Below, piece by piece: positions 26,501-40,014 of a stretch of 64,000 nt of DNA. Numbering within the stretch: the stretch's first letter is position 1; each line of letters opens with the position of its first letter. The notes under the pieces are model-generated. The model did no database searches. It had not been told where the DNA came from and worked only from the letters and a program-made list of their open reading frames with translations. The DNA is from Auanema rhodensis (Eukaryota > Animalia > Nematoda), in contig OZ059898.1 of the NCBI GenBank assembly GCA_964057225.1, forward strand, positions 17,546,001 to 17,610,000, in the 5' to 3' direction. Position numbers and translations under genes: made by a program.

Positions 26501-28080
26501 ATACACTAATGCATCATTTTTCAAACGATCATAACTAATTTTTGTATTAAGCGTTTCTCCATGTAGTATAGTGCATTTGATGCGGATTTTTAAGCTGCGT
26601 CGATCTGTGTTATCAGATTTGCGCTAGCTTTAAAATGCACCGAGATATCAACTGATATAAGTTCACACTTATATCCTCGATTTTCACCCTGAAGAATTGA
26701 TTTTTTCGTTGAATAACATTGTCCATCGTCTTTGCCTTGAAAAAAGGAATCTAAAAACATTTACTTTTTGCTAAATTATTCTGAAATTTTTCGAAAAAAT
26801 TTTTGTCAAAATGTTTTTGGAAGCAATGTTGAGTGTACATGGAAACTCAACATACACTAATGCATCATTTTTCAAACGATCATAACTAATTTTTGTATTA
26901 AGCGTTTCTCAATGTAGTATAGTGCATTTGATGCGGATTTTTAAGCTGCGTCGATCTGTGTTATCAGATTTGCGCTAGCTTTAAAATGCACCGAGATATC
27001 AACTGATATAAGTTCACACTTATATCCTCGATTTTCACCCTGAAGAATTTATTTTTTCGTTGAATAACATTGTCCATCGTCTTTGCCTTGAAAAAAGGAA
27101 TCTAAAAACATTTACTTTTTGCTAAATTATTCTGAAATTTTTCGAAAAAATTTTTGTCAAAATGTTTTTGGAAGCAATGTTGAGTGTACATGGAAACTCA
27201 ACATACACTAATGCATCATTTTTCAAACGATCATAACTAATTTTTGTATTAAGCGTTTCTCAATGTAGTATAGTGCATTTGATGCGGATTTTTAAGCTGC
27301 GTCGATCTGTGTTATCAGATTTGCGCTAGCTTTAAAATGCACCGAGATATCAACTGATATAAGTTCACACTTATATCCTCGATTTTCACCCTGAAGAATT
27401 AATTTTTTCGTTGAATAACATTGTCCATCGTCTTTGCCTTGAAAAAAGGAATCTAAAAACATTTACTTTTTGCTAAATTATTCTGAAATTTTTCGAAAAA
27501 ATTTTTGTCAAAATGTTTTTGGAAGCAATGTTGAGTGTACATGGAAACTCAACATACACTAATGCATCATTTTTCAAACGATCATAACTAATTTTTGTAT
27601 TAAGCGTTTCTCAATGTAGTATAGTGCATTTGATGCGGATTTTTAAGCTGCGTCGATCTGTGTTATCAGATTTGCGCTAGCTTTAAAATGCACCGAGATA
27701 TCAACTGATATAAGTTCACACTTATATCCTCGATTTTCACCCTGAAGAATTTATTTTTTCGTTGAATAACATTGTCCATCGTCTTTGCCTTGAAAAAAGA
27801 AATCTAAAAACATTTACTTTTTGCTAAATTATTCTGAAATTTTTCGAAAAAATTTTTGTCAAAATGTTTTTGGAAGCAATGTTGAGTGTACATGGAAACT
27901 CAACATACACTAATGCATCATTTTTCAAACGATCATAACTAATTTTTGTATTAAGCGTTTCTCAATGTAGTATAGTGCATTTGATGCGGATTTTTAAGCT
28001 GCGTCGATCTGTGTTATCAGATTTGCGCTAGCTTAAAAATGCACCGAGATATCAACTGATATAAGTTCACACTTATATCC
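11584..28080. repeat. Satellite sub-domain B, rich in ACATTTACT, GCTTTAAAA and GCATTTGATG variants
   Basis: GCTTTAAAA (monomer position 306 A>T) occurs between about 13.6 and 27.7 kb, usually together with ACATTTACT. Runs of near-identical monomers lie at about 21.8-24.6 and 26.3-28 kb. Boundaries are approximate. Confidence 0.7.
14041..18954. repeat. Tandem duplication of 7 monomers (2457 bp), monomers 41-47 and 48-54
   Basis: Rare variants CATTCAC+TTAAACG, CTTAAAAAAA+AAAACATTT+ATTGAGCG, TTTGGAAAA, CATCTTCT+TTCGCTA+ACATTAAT and AATGA+GGGAGC recur in the same order at +2457. Confidence 0.92.
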
Positions 28081-30537
28081 TCGATTTTCACCCTGAAGAA
28101 ATAATTGTTTCGTTGAATAACATTGTCCATCGTCTTTGCCTTGAAAAAAGGAATCTAAAAACATCTACTTTTTGCTAAATTATTTTGAAATTTTTCGAAA
28201 AAATTTTTGTCAAAATGTTTTTGGAAGCAATGTTGAGTGTACATGGAAACTCAACATACACTAATGCATCATTTTTCAAACGATCATAACTAATTTTTGT
28301 ATTAAGCGTATCTCAATGTAATATAGTGCATTTGATGCGGATTTTTAAGCTGCGTCGATCTGTGTTATCAGATTTGCGCTAGCTTAAAAATGCACCGAGA
28401 TATCAACTGATATAAGTTCACACTTATATCCTCGATTTTCACCCTGAAGAATTAATTTTTTCGTTGAATAACATTGTCCATCGTCTTTGCCTTGAAAAAA
28501 GGAATCTAAAAACATTTACTTTTTGCTAAATTATTCTGAAATTTTTCGAAAAAATTTTTGTCAAAATGTTTTTGGAAGCAATGTTGAGTGTACATGGAAA
28601 CTCAACATACACTAATGCATCATTTTTCAAACGATCATAACTAATTTTTGTATTAAGCGTTTCTTAATGTAGTATAGTGCATTCGATGCGGATTTTTAAG
28701 CTGCGTCGATCTGTGTTATCAGATTTGCGCTAGCTTAAAAATGCACCGTGATATCAACTGATATAAGTTCACACTTATATCCTCGATTTTCACCCTGAAG
28801 AAATAATTTTTTCGTTGAATAACATTGTCCATCGTCTTTGCCTTGAAAAAAAGAATCTAAAAACATCTACTTTTTGCTAAATTATTTTGAAGTTTTTCGA
28901 AAAAAATTTTGTCAAAATGTTTTTGGAAGCAATGTTGAGTGTACATGGAAACTCAACATACACTAATGCATCATTTTTCAAACGATCATAACTAATTTTT
29001 GTATTAAGCGTATCTCAATGTAATATAGTGCATTTGATGCGGATTTTTAAGCTGCGTCGATCTGTGTTATCAGATTTGCGCTAGCTTAAAAATGCACCGA
29101 GATATCAACTGATATAAGTTCACACTTATATCCTCGATTTTCACCCTGAAGAATTAATTTTTTCGTTGAATAACATTGTCCATCGTCTTTGCCTTGAAAA
29201 AAGGAATCTAAAAACATTTACTTTTTGCTAAATTATTCTGAAATTTTTCGAAAAAATTTTTGTCAAAATGTTTTTGGAAGCAATGTTGAGTGTACATGGA
29301 AACTCAACATACACTAATGCATCATTTTTCAAACGATCATAACTAATTTTTGTATTAAGCGTTTCTTAATGTAGTATAGTGCATTCGATGCGGATTTTTA
29401 AGCTGCGTCGATCTGTGTTATCAGATTTGCGCTAGCTTAAAAATGCACCGTGATATCAACTGATATAAGTTCACACTTATATCCTCGATTTTCACCCTGA
29501 AGAAATAATTTTTTCGTTGAATAACATTGTCCATCGTCTTTGCCTTGAAAAAAGGAATCTAAAAACATCTACTTTTTGCTAAATTATTTTGAAGTTTTTC
29601 GAAAAAAATTTTGTCAAAATGTTTTTGGAAGCAATGTTGAGTGTACATGGAAACTCAACATACACTAATGCATCATTTTTCAAACGATCATAACTAATTT
29701 TTGTATTAAGCGTTTCTCAATGTAGTATAGTGCATTCGATGCGGATTTTTAAGCTGCGTCGATCTGTGTTATCAGATTTGCGCTAGCTTAAAAATGCACC
29801 GAGATATCAACTGATATAAGTTCACACTTATATCCTCGATTTTCACTCTGAAGAATTAATTTTTTCGTTGAATAACATTGTCCATCGTCTTTGCCTTGAA
29901 AAAAGGAATCTAAAAACATCTACTTTTTGCTGAATTATTTTGAAGTTTTTCGAAAAAATTTTTGTCAAAATGTTTTTGGAAGCAATGTTGAGTGTACATG
30001 GAAACTCAACATACACTAATGCATCATTTTTCAAACGATCATAACTAATTTTTGTATTAAGCGTTTCTCAATGTAGTATAGTGCATTCGATGCGGATTTT
30101 TAAGCTGCGTCGATCTGTGTTATCAGATTTGCGCTAGCTTAAAAATGCACCGAGATATCAACTGATATAAGTTCACACTTATATCCTCGATTTTCACCCT
30201 GAAGAATTAATTTTTTCGTTGAATAACATTGTCCATCGTCTTTGCCTTGAAAAAAGGAATCTAAAAACATCTACTTTTTGCTAAATTATTCTGAAATTTT
30301 TCGAAAAAATTTTTGTCAAAATGTTTTTGGAAGCAATGTTGAGTGTACATGGAAACTCAACATACACTAATGCATCATTTTTCGAACGATCATAACTAAT
30401 TTTTGTATTAAGCGTTTCTCAATGTAGTATAGTGCATTCGATGCGGATTTTTAAGCTGCGTCGATCTGTGTTATCAGATTTGCGCTAGCTTAAAAATGCA
30501 CCGAGATATCAACTGATATAAGTTCACACTTATATCC

Positions 30538-33500
30538 TCGATTTTCACCCTGAAGAATTAATTTTTTCGTTGAATAACATTGTCCATCGTCTTTGCCTTG
30601 AAAAAAGGAATCTAAAAACATCTACTTTTTGCTAAATTATTCTGAAATTTTTCGAAAAAATTTTTGTCAAAATGTTTTTGGAAGCAATGTTGAGTGTACA
30701 TGGAAACTCAACATACACTAATGCATCATTTTTCAAACGATCATAACTAATTTTTGTTATAAGCGTTTCTCAATGTAGTATAGTGCATTTGATGCGGATT
30801 TTTAAGCTGCGTCGATCTGTGTTATCAGATTTGCGCTAGCTTAAAAATGCACCGAGATATCAACTGATATAAGTTCACACTTATATCCTCGATTTTCACC
30901 CTGAAGAAATAATTTTTTCGTTGAATAACATTGTCCATCGTCTTTGCCTTGAAAAAAGGAATCTAAAAACATCTACTTTTTGCTAAATTATTTTGAAATT
31001 TTTCGAAAAAATTTTTGTCAAAATGTTTTTGGAAGCAATGTTGAGTGTACATGGAAACTCAACATACACTAATGCATCATTTTTCAAACGATCATAACTA
31101 ATTTTTGTATTAAGCGTATCTCAATGTAGTATAGTGTATTTGATGCGGATTTTTAAGCTGCGTCGATCTGTGTTATCAGATTTGCGCTAGCTTAAAAATG
31201 CACCGAGATATCAACTGATATAAGTTCACACTTATATCCTCGATTTTCACTCTGAAGAATTAATTTTTTCGTTGAATAACATTGTCCATCGTCTTTGCCT
31301 TGAAAAAAGGAATCTAAAAACATCTACTTTTTGCTGAATTATTTTGAAGTTTTTCGAAAAAATTTTTGTCAAAATGTTTTTGGAAGCAATGTTGAGTGTA
31401 CATGGAAACTCAACATACACTAATGCATCATTTTTCAAACGATCATAACTAATTTTTGTATTAAGCGTATCTCAATGTAGTATAGTGCATTTGATGCGGA
31501 TTTTTAAGCTGCGTCGATCTGTGTTATCAGATTTGCGCTAGCTTAAAAATGCACCGAGATATCAACTGATATAAGTTCACACTTATATCCTCGATTTTCA
31601 CCCTGAAGAATTAATTTTTTCGTTGAATAACATTGTCTATCGTCTTTGCCTTGAAAAAAGGAATCTAAAAACATCTACTTTTTGCTAAATTATTCTGAAA
31701 TTTTTCGAAAAAATTTTTGTCAAAATGTTTTTGGAAGCAATGTTGAGTGTACATGGAAACTCAACATACACTAATGCATCATTTTTCAAACGATCATAAC
31801 TAATTTTTGTATTAAGCGTTTCTCAATGTAGTATAGTGCATTTGATGCGGATTTTTAAGCTGCGTCGATCTGTGTTATCAGATTTGCGCTAGCTTAAAAA
31901 TGCACCGAGATATCAACTGATATAAGTTCACACTTATATCCTCGATTTTCACCCTGAAGAAATAATTGTTTCGTTGAATAACATTGTCCATCGTCTTTGC
32001 CTTGAAAAAAGGAATCTAAAAACATCTACTTTTTGCTAAATTATTTTGAAATTTTTCGAAAAAATTTTTGTCAAAATGTTTTTGGAAGCAATGTTGAGTG
32101 TACATGGAAACTCAACATACACTAATGCATCATTTTTCAAACGATCATAACTAATTTTTGTATTAAGCGTATCTCAATGTAATATAGTGCATTTGATGCG
32201 GATTTTTAAGCTGCGTCGATCTGTGTTATCAGATTTGCGCTAGCTTAAAAATGCACCGAGATATCAACTGATATAAGTTCACACTTATATCCTCGATTTT
32301 CACCCTGAAGAATTAATTTTTTCGTTGAATAACATTGTCCATCGTCTTTGCCTTGAAAAAAGGAATCTAAAAACATCTACTTTTTGCTAAATTATTCTGA
32401 AATTTTTCGAAAAAATTTTTGTCAAAATGTTTTTGGAAGCAATGTTGAGTGTACATGGAAACTCAACATACACTAATGCATCATTTTTCAAACGATCATA
32501 ACTAATTTTTGTTATAAGCGTTTCTCAATGTAGTATAGTGCATTTGATGCGGATTTTTAAGCTGCGTCGATCTGTGTTATCAGATTTGCGCTAGCTTAAA
32601 AATGCACCGAGATATCAACTGATATAAGTTCACACTTATATCCTCGATTTTCACCCTGAAGAAATAATTTTTTCGTTGAATAACATTGTCCATCGTCTTT
32701 GCCTTGAAAAAAGGAATCTAAAAACATCTACTTTTTGCTAAATTATTTTGAAATTTTTCGAAAAAATTTTTGTCAAAATGTTTTTGGAAGCAATGTTGAG
32801 TGTACATGGAAACTCAACATACACTAATGCATCATTTTTCAAACGATCATAACTAATTTTTGTATTAAGCGTATCTCAATGTAGTATAGTGTATTTGATG
32901 CGGATTTTTAAGCTGCGTCGATCTGTGTTATCAGATTTGCGCTAGCTTAAAAATGCACCGAGATATCAACTGATATAAGTTCACACTTATATCCTCGATT
33001 TTCACTCTGAAGAATTAATTTTTTCGTTGAATAACATTGTCCATCGTCTTTGCCTTGAAAAAAGGAATCTAAAAACATCTACTTTTTGCTGAATTATTTT
33101 GAAGTTTTTCGAAAAAATTTTTGTCAAAATGTTTTTGGAAGCAATGTTGAGTGTACATGGAAACTCAACATACACTAATGCATCATTTTTCAAACGATCA
33201 TAACTAATTTTTGTATTAAGCGTATCTCAATGTAGTATAGTGCATTTGATGCGGATTTTTAAGCTGCGTCGATCTGTGTTATCAGATTTGCGCTAGCTTA
33301 AAAATGCACCGAGATATCAACTGATATAAGTTCACACTTATATCCTCGATTTTCACCCTGAAGAATTAATTTTTTCGTTGAATAACATTGTCTATCGTCT
33401 TTGCCTTGAAAAAAGGAATCTAAAAACATCTACTTTTTGCTAAATTATTCTGAAATTTTTCGAAAAAATTTTTGTCAAAATGTTTTTGGAAGCAATGTTG

Positions 33501-34047
33501 AGTGTACATGGAAACTCAACATACACTAATGCATCATTTTTCAAACGATCATAACTAATTTTTGTATTAAGCGTTTCTCAATGTAGTATAGTGCATTTGA
33601 TGCGGATTTTTAAGCTGCGTCGATCTGTGTTATCAGATTTGCGCTAGCTTAAAAATGCACCGAGATATCAACTGATATAAGTTCACACTTATATCCTCGA
33701 TTTTCACCCTGAAGAAATAATTGTTTCGTTGAATAACATTGTCCATCGTCTTTGCCTTGAAAAAAGGAATCTAAAAACATCTACTTTTTGCTAAATTATT
33801 TTGAAATTTTTCGAAAAAATTTTTGTCAAAATGTTTTTGGAAGCAATGTTGAGTGTACATGGAAACTCAACATACACTAATGCATCATTTTTCAAACGAT
33901 CATAACTAATTTTTGTATTAAGCGTATCTCAATGTAATATAGTGCATTTGATGCGGATTTTTAAGCTGCGTCGATCTGTGTTATCAGATTTGCGCTAGCT
34001 TAAAAATGCACCGAGATATCAACTGATATAAGTTCACACTTATATCC
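30538..34047. repeat. Tandem duplication of 5 monomers (1755 bp), monomers 88-92 and 93-97
   Basis: GTTATAAG, GTGTATT, CACTCTG+GCTGAA, GTCTAT and ATTGTTT+GTAATAT recur in order at +1755. ORF copies at 31247 and 33002 are 1755 apart. Confidence 0.92.
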
Positions 34048-37000
34048 TCGATTTTCACCCTGAAGAATTAATTTTTTCGTTGAATAACATTGTCCATCGT
34101 CTTTGCCTTGAAAAAAGGAATCTAAAAACATTTACTTTTTGCTAAATTATTCTGAAATTTTTCGAAAAAATTTTTGTCAAAATGTTTTTGGAAGCAATGT
34201 TGAGTGTACATGGAAACTCAACATACACTAATGCATCATTTTTCAAACGATCATAACTAATTTTTGTATTAAGCGTTTCTTAATGTAGTATAGTGCATTC
34301 GATGCGGATTTTTAAGCTGCGTCGATCTGTGTTATCAGATTTGCGCTAGCTTAAAAATGCACCGTGATATCAACTGATATAAGTTCACACTTATATCCTC
34401 GATTTTCACCCTGAAGAAATAATTTTTTCGTTGAATAACATTGTCCATCGTCTTTGCCTTGAAAAAAGGAATCTAAAAACATCTACTTTTTGCTAAATTA
34501 TTTTGAAGTTTTTCGAAAAAAATTTTGTCAAAATGTTTTTGGAAGCAATGTTGAGTGTACATGGAAACTCAACATACACTAATGCATCATTTTTCAAACG
34601 ATCATAACTAATTTTTGTATTAAGCGTTTCTTAATGTAGTATAGTGCATTCGATGCGGATTTTTAAGCTGCGTCGATCTGTGTTATCAGATTTGCGCTAG
34701 CTTAAAAATGCACCGAGATATCAACTGATATAAGTTCACACTTATATCCTCGATTTTCACCCTGAAGAATTAATTTTTTCGTTGAATAACATTGTCCATC
34801 GTCTTTGCCTTGAAAAAAGGAATCTAAAAACATCTACTTTTTGCTAAATTATTCTGAAATTTTTCGAAAAAATTTTTGTCAAAATGTTTTTGGAAGCAAT
34901 GTTGAGTGTACATGGAAACTCAACATACACTAATGCATCATTTTTCGAACGATCATAACTAATTTTTGTATTAAGCGTTTCTCAATGTAGTATAGTGCAT
35001 TCGATGCGGATTTTTAAGCTGCGTCGATCTGTGTTATCAGATTTGCGCTAGCTTAAAAATGCACCGAGATATCAACTGATATAAGTTCACACTTATATCC
35101 TCGATTTTCACCCTGAAGAATTAATTTTTTCGTTGAATAACATTGTCCATCGTCTTTGCCTTGAAAAAAGGAATCTAAAAACATCTACTTTTTGCTAAAT
35201 TATTCTGAAATTTTTCGAAAAAATTTTTGTCAAAATGTTTTTGGAAGCAATGTTGAGTGTACATGGAAACTCAACATACACTAATGCATCATTTTTCAAA
35301 CGATCATAACTAATTTTTGTTATAAGCGTTTCTCAATGTAGTATAGTGCATTTGATGCGGATTTTTAAGCTGCGTCGATCTGTGTTATCAGATTTGCGCT
35401 AGCTTAAAAATGCACCGAGATATCAACTGATATAAGTTCACACTTATATCCTCGATTTTCACCCTGAAGAAATAATTTTTTCGTTGAATAACATTGTCCA
35501 TCGTCTTTGCCTTGAAAAAAGGAATCTAAAAACATCTACTTTTTGCTAAATTATTTTGAAATTTTTCGAAAAAATTTTTGTCAAAATGTTTTTGGAAGCA
35601 ATGTTGAGTGTACATGGAAACTCAACATACACTAATGCATCATTTTTCAAACGATCATAACTAATTTTTGTATTAAGCGTATCTCAATGTAGTATAGTGT
35701 ATTTGATGCGGATTTTTAAGCTGCGTCGATCTGTGTTATCAGATTTGCGCTAGCTTAAAAATGCACCGAGATATCAACTGATATAAGTTCACACTTATAT
35801 CCTCGATTTTCACTCTGAAGAATTAATTTTTTCGTTGAATAACATTGTCCATCGTCTTTGCCTTGAAAAAAGGAATCTAAAAACATCTACTTTTTGCTGA
35901 ATTATTTTGAAGTTTTTCGAAAAAATTTTTGTCAAAATGTTTTTGGAAGCAATGTTGAGTGTACATGGAAACTCAACATACACTAATGCATCATTTTTCA
36001 AACGATCATAACTAATTTTTGTATTAAGCGTATCTCAATGTAGTATAGTGTATTTGATGCGGATTTTTAAGCTGCGTCGATCTGTGTTATCAGATTTGCG
36101 CTAGCTTAAAAATGCACCGAGATATCAACTGATATAAGTTCACACTTATATCCTCGATTTTCACCCTGAAGAATTAATTTTTTCGTTGAATAACATTGTC
36201 CATCGTCTTTGCCTTGAAAAAAGGAATCTAAAAACATCTACTTTTTGCTAAATTATTCTGAAATTTTTCGAAAAAATTTTTGTCAAAATGTTTTTGGAAG
36301 CAATGTTGAGTGTACATGGAAACTCAACATACACTAATGCATCATTTTTCAAACGATCATAACTAATTTTTGTATTAAGCGTTTCTCAATGTAGTATAGT
36401 GCATTTGATGCGGATTTTTAAGCTGCGTCGATCTGTGTTATCAGATTTGCGCTAGCTTAAAAATGCACCGAGATATCAACTGATATAAGTTCACACTTAT
36501 ATCCTCGATTTTCACCCTGAAGAAATAATTTTTTCGTTGAATAACATTGTCCATCGTCTTTGCCTTGAAAATAGGAATCTAAAAACATCTACTTTTTGCT
36601 AAATTATTTTGAAATTTTTCGAAAAAATTTTTGTCAAAATGTTTTTGGAAGCAATGTTGAGTGTACATGGAAACTCAACATACACTAATGCATCATTTTT
36701 CAAACGATCATAACTAATTTTTGTATTAAGCGTTTCTCAATGTAGTATAGTGCATTTGATGCGGATTTGTAAGCTGCGTCGATCTGTGTTGTCAGATTTG
36801 CGCTAGCTTAAAAATGCACCGAGATATCAACTGATATAAGTTCACACTTATATCCTCGATTTTCACCCTGAAGAAATAATTTTTTCGTTGAATAACATTG
36901 TCCATCGTCTTTGCCTTGAAAAAAGGAATCTAAAAACATCTACTTTTTGCTAAATTATTCTGAAATTTTTCGAAAAAATTTTTGTCAAAATGTTTTTGGA

Positions 37001-40000
37001 AGCAATGTTGAGTGTACATGGAAACTCAACATACACTAATGCATCATTTTTCAAACGATCATAACTAATTTTTGTATTAAGCGTTTCTCAATGTAGTATA
37101 GTGCATTCGATGCGGATTTTTAAGCTGCGTCGATCTGTGTTATCAGATTTGCGCTAGCTTAAAAATGCACCGAGATATCAACTGATATAAGTTCACACTT
37201 ATATCCTCGATTTTCACCCTGAAGAAATAATTTTTTCGTTGAATAACATTGTCCATCGTCTTTGCCTTGAAAAAAGGAATCTAAAAACATCTACTTTTTG
37301 CTGAATTATTTTGAAGTTTTTCGAAAAAATTTTTGTCAAAATGTTTTTGGAAGCAATGTTGAGTGTACATGGAAACTCAACATACACTAATGCATCATTT
37401 TTCAAACGATCATAACTAATTTTTGTATTAAGCGTTTCTCAATGTAGTATAGTGCATTCGATGCGGATTTTTAAGCTGCGTCGATCTGTGTTATCAGATT
37501 TGCGCTAGCTTAAAAATGCACCGAGATATCAACTGATATAAGTTCACACTTATATCCTCGATTTTCACTCTGAAGAATTAATTTTTTCGTTGAATAACAT
37601 TGTCCATCGTCTTTGCCTTGAAAAAAGGAATCTAAAAACATCTACTTTTTGCTGAATTATTTTGAAGTTTTTCGAAAAAATTTTTGTCAAAATGTTTTTG
37701 GAAGCAATGTTGAGTGTACATGGAAACTCAAAATACACTAATGCATCATTTTTCAAACGATCATAACTAATTTTTGTATTAAGCCTATCTCAATGTAGTA
37801 TAGTGTATTTGATGCGGATTTTTAAGCTGCGTCGATCTGTGTTATCAGATTTGCGCTAGCTTAAAAATGCACCGAGATATCAACTGATATAAGTTCACAC
37901 TTATATCCTCGATTTTCACCCTGAAGAATTAATTTTTTCGTTGAATAACATTGTCCATCGTCTTTGCCTTGAAAAAAGGAATCTAAAAACATCTACTTTT
38001 TGCTAAATTATTCTGAAATTTTTCGAAAAAATTTTTGTCAAAATGTTTTTGGAAGCAATGTTGAGTGTACATGGAAACTCAACATACACTAATGCATCAT
38101 TTTTCAAACGATCATAACTAATTTTTGTATTAAGCGTTTCTCAATGTAGTATAGTGCATTTGATGCGGATTTTTAAGCTGCGTCGATCTGTGTTATCAGA
38201 TTTGCGCTAGCTCAAAAATGCACCGAGATATCAACTGATATAAGTTCACACTTATATCCTCGATTTTCACCCTGAAGAAATAATTTTTTCGTTGAATAAC
38301 ATTGTCCATCGTCTTTGCCTTGAAAAAAGGAATCTAAAAACATCTACTTTTTGCTAAATTATTCTGAAATTTTTCGAAAAAATTTTTGTCAAAATGTTTT
38401 TGGAAGCAATGTTGAGTGTACATGGAAACTCAACATACACTAATGCATCATTTTTCAAACGATCATAACTAATTTTTGTATTAAGCGTTTCTCAATGTAG
38501 TATAGTGCATTTGATGCGGATTTTTAAGCTGCGTCGATCTGTGTTATCAGATTTGCGCTAGCTTAAAAATGCACCGAGATATCAACTGATATAAGTTCAC
38601 ACTTATATCCTCGATTTTCACCCTGAAGAAATAATTTTTTCGTTGAATAACATTGTCCATCGTCTTTGCCTTGAAAAAAGGAATCTAAAAACATCTACTT
38701 TTTGCTAAATTATTTTGAAATTTTTCGAAAAAATTTTTGTCAAAATGTTTTTGGAAGCAATGTTGAGTGTACATGGAAACTCAAAATACACTAATGCATC
38801 ATTTTTCAAACGATCATAACTAATTTTTGTATTAAGCGTATCTCAATGTAGTATAGTGTATTTGATGCGGATTTTTAAGCTGCGTCGATCTGTGTTATCA
38901 GATTTGCGCTAGCTTAAAAATGCACCGAGATATCAACTGATATAAGTTCACACTTATATCCTCGATTTTCACCCTGAAGAATTAATTTTTTCGTTGAATA
39001 ACATTGTCCATCGTCTTTGCCTTGAAAAAAGGAATCTAAAAACATCTACTTTTTGCTAAATTATTCTGAAATTTTTCGAAAAAATTTTTGTCAAAATGTT
39101 TTTGGAAGCAATGTTGAGTGTACATGGAAACTCAACATACACTAATGCATCATTTTTCAAACGATCATAACTAATTTTTGTATTAAGCGTTTCTCAATGT
39201 AGTATAGTGCATTTGATGCGGATTTTTAAGCTGCGTCGATCTGTGTTATCAGATTTGCGCTAGCTTAAAAATGCACCGAGATATCAACTGATATAAGTTC
39301 ACACTTATATCCTCGATTTTCACCCTGAAGAAATAATTTTTTCGTTGAATAACATTGTCCATCGTCTTTGCCTTGAAAAAAGGAATCTAAAAACATCTAC
39401 TTTTTCCTAAATTATTTTGAAATTTTTCGAAAAAATTTTTGTCAAAATGTTTTTGGAAGCAATGTTGAGTGTACATGGAAACTCAACATACACTAATGCA
39501 TCATTTTTCAAACGATCATAACTAATTTTTGTATTAAGCGTATCTCAATGTAGTATAGTGTATTTGATGCGGATTTTTAAGCTGCGTCGATCTGTGTTAT
39601 CAGATTTGCGCTAGCTTAAAAATGCACCGAGATATCAACTGATATAAGTTCACACTTATATCCTCGATTTTCACCCTGAAGAAATAATTTTTTCGTTGAA
39701 TAACATTGTCCATCGTCTTTGCCTTGAAAAAAGGAATCTAAAAACATCTACTTTTTGCTAAATTATTCTGAAATTTTTCGAAAAAATTTTTGTCAAAATG
39801 TTTTTGGAAGCAATGTTGAGTGTACATGGAAACTCAACATACACTAATGCATCATTTTTCGAACGATCATAACTAATTTTTGTATTAAGCGTTTCTCAAT
39901 GTAGTATAGTGCATTTGATGCGGATTTTTAAGCTGCGTCGATCTGTGTTATCAGATTTGCGCTAGCTTAAAAATGCACCGAGATATCAACTGATATAAGT

Positions 40001-40014
40001 TCACACTTATATCC

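Noticed and set aside
29843-30034. 63-aa ORF MKNDALVY... (10 copies) as a protein-coding gene family
   Set aside because: It starts at TTG, lies wholly inside the satellite monomer and exists only where one SNP removes a TAG that is present in the other roughly 170 copies. Its K/F/I/N-rich composition simply mirrors A/T runs, and I recognise no domain.
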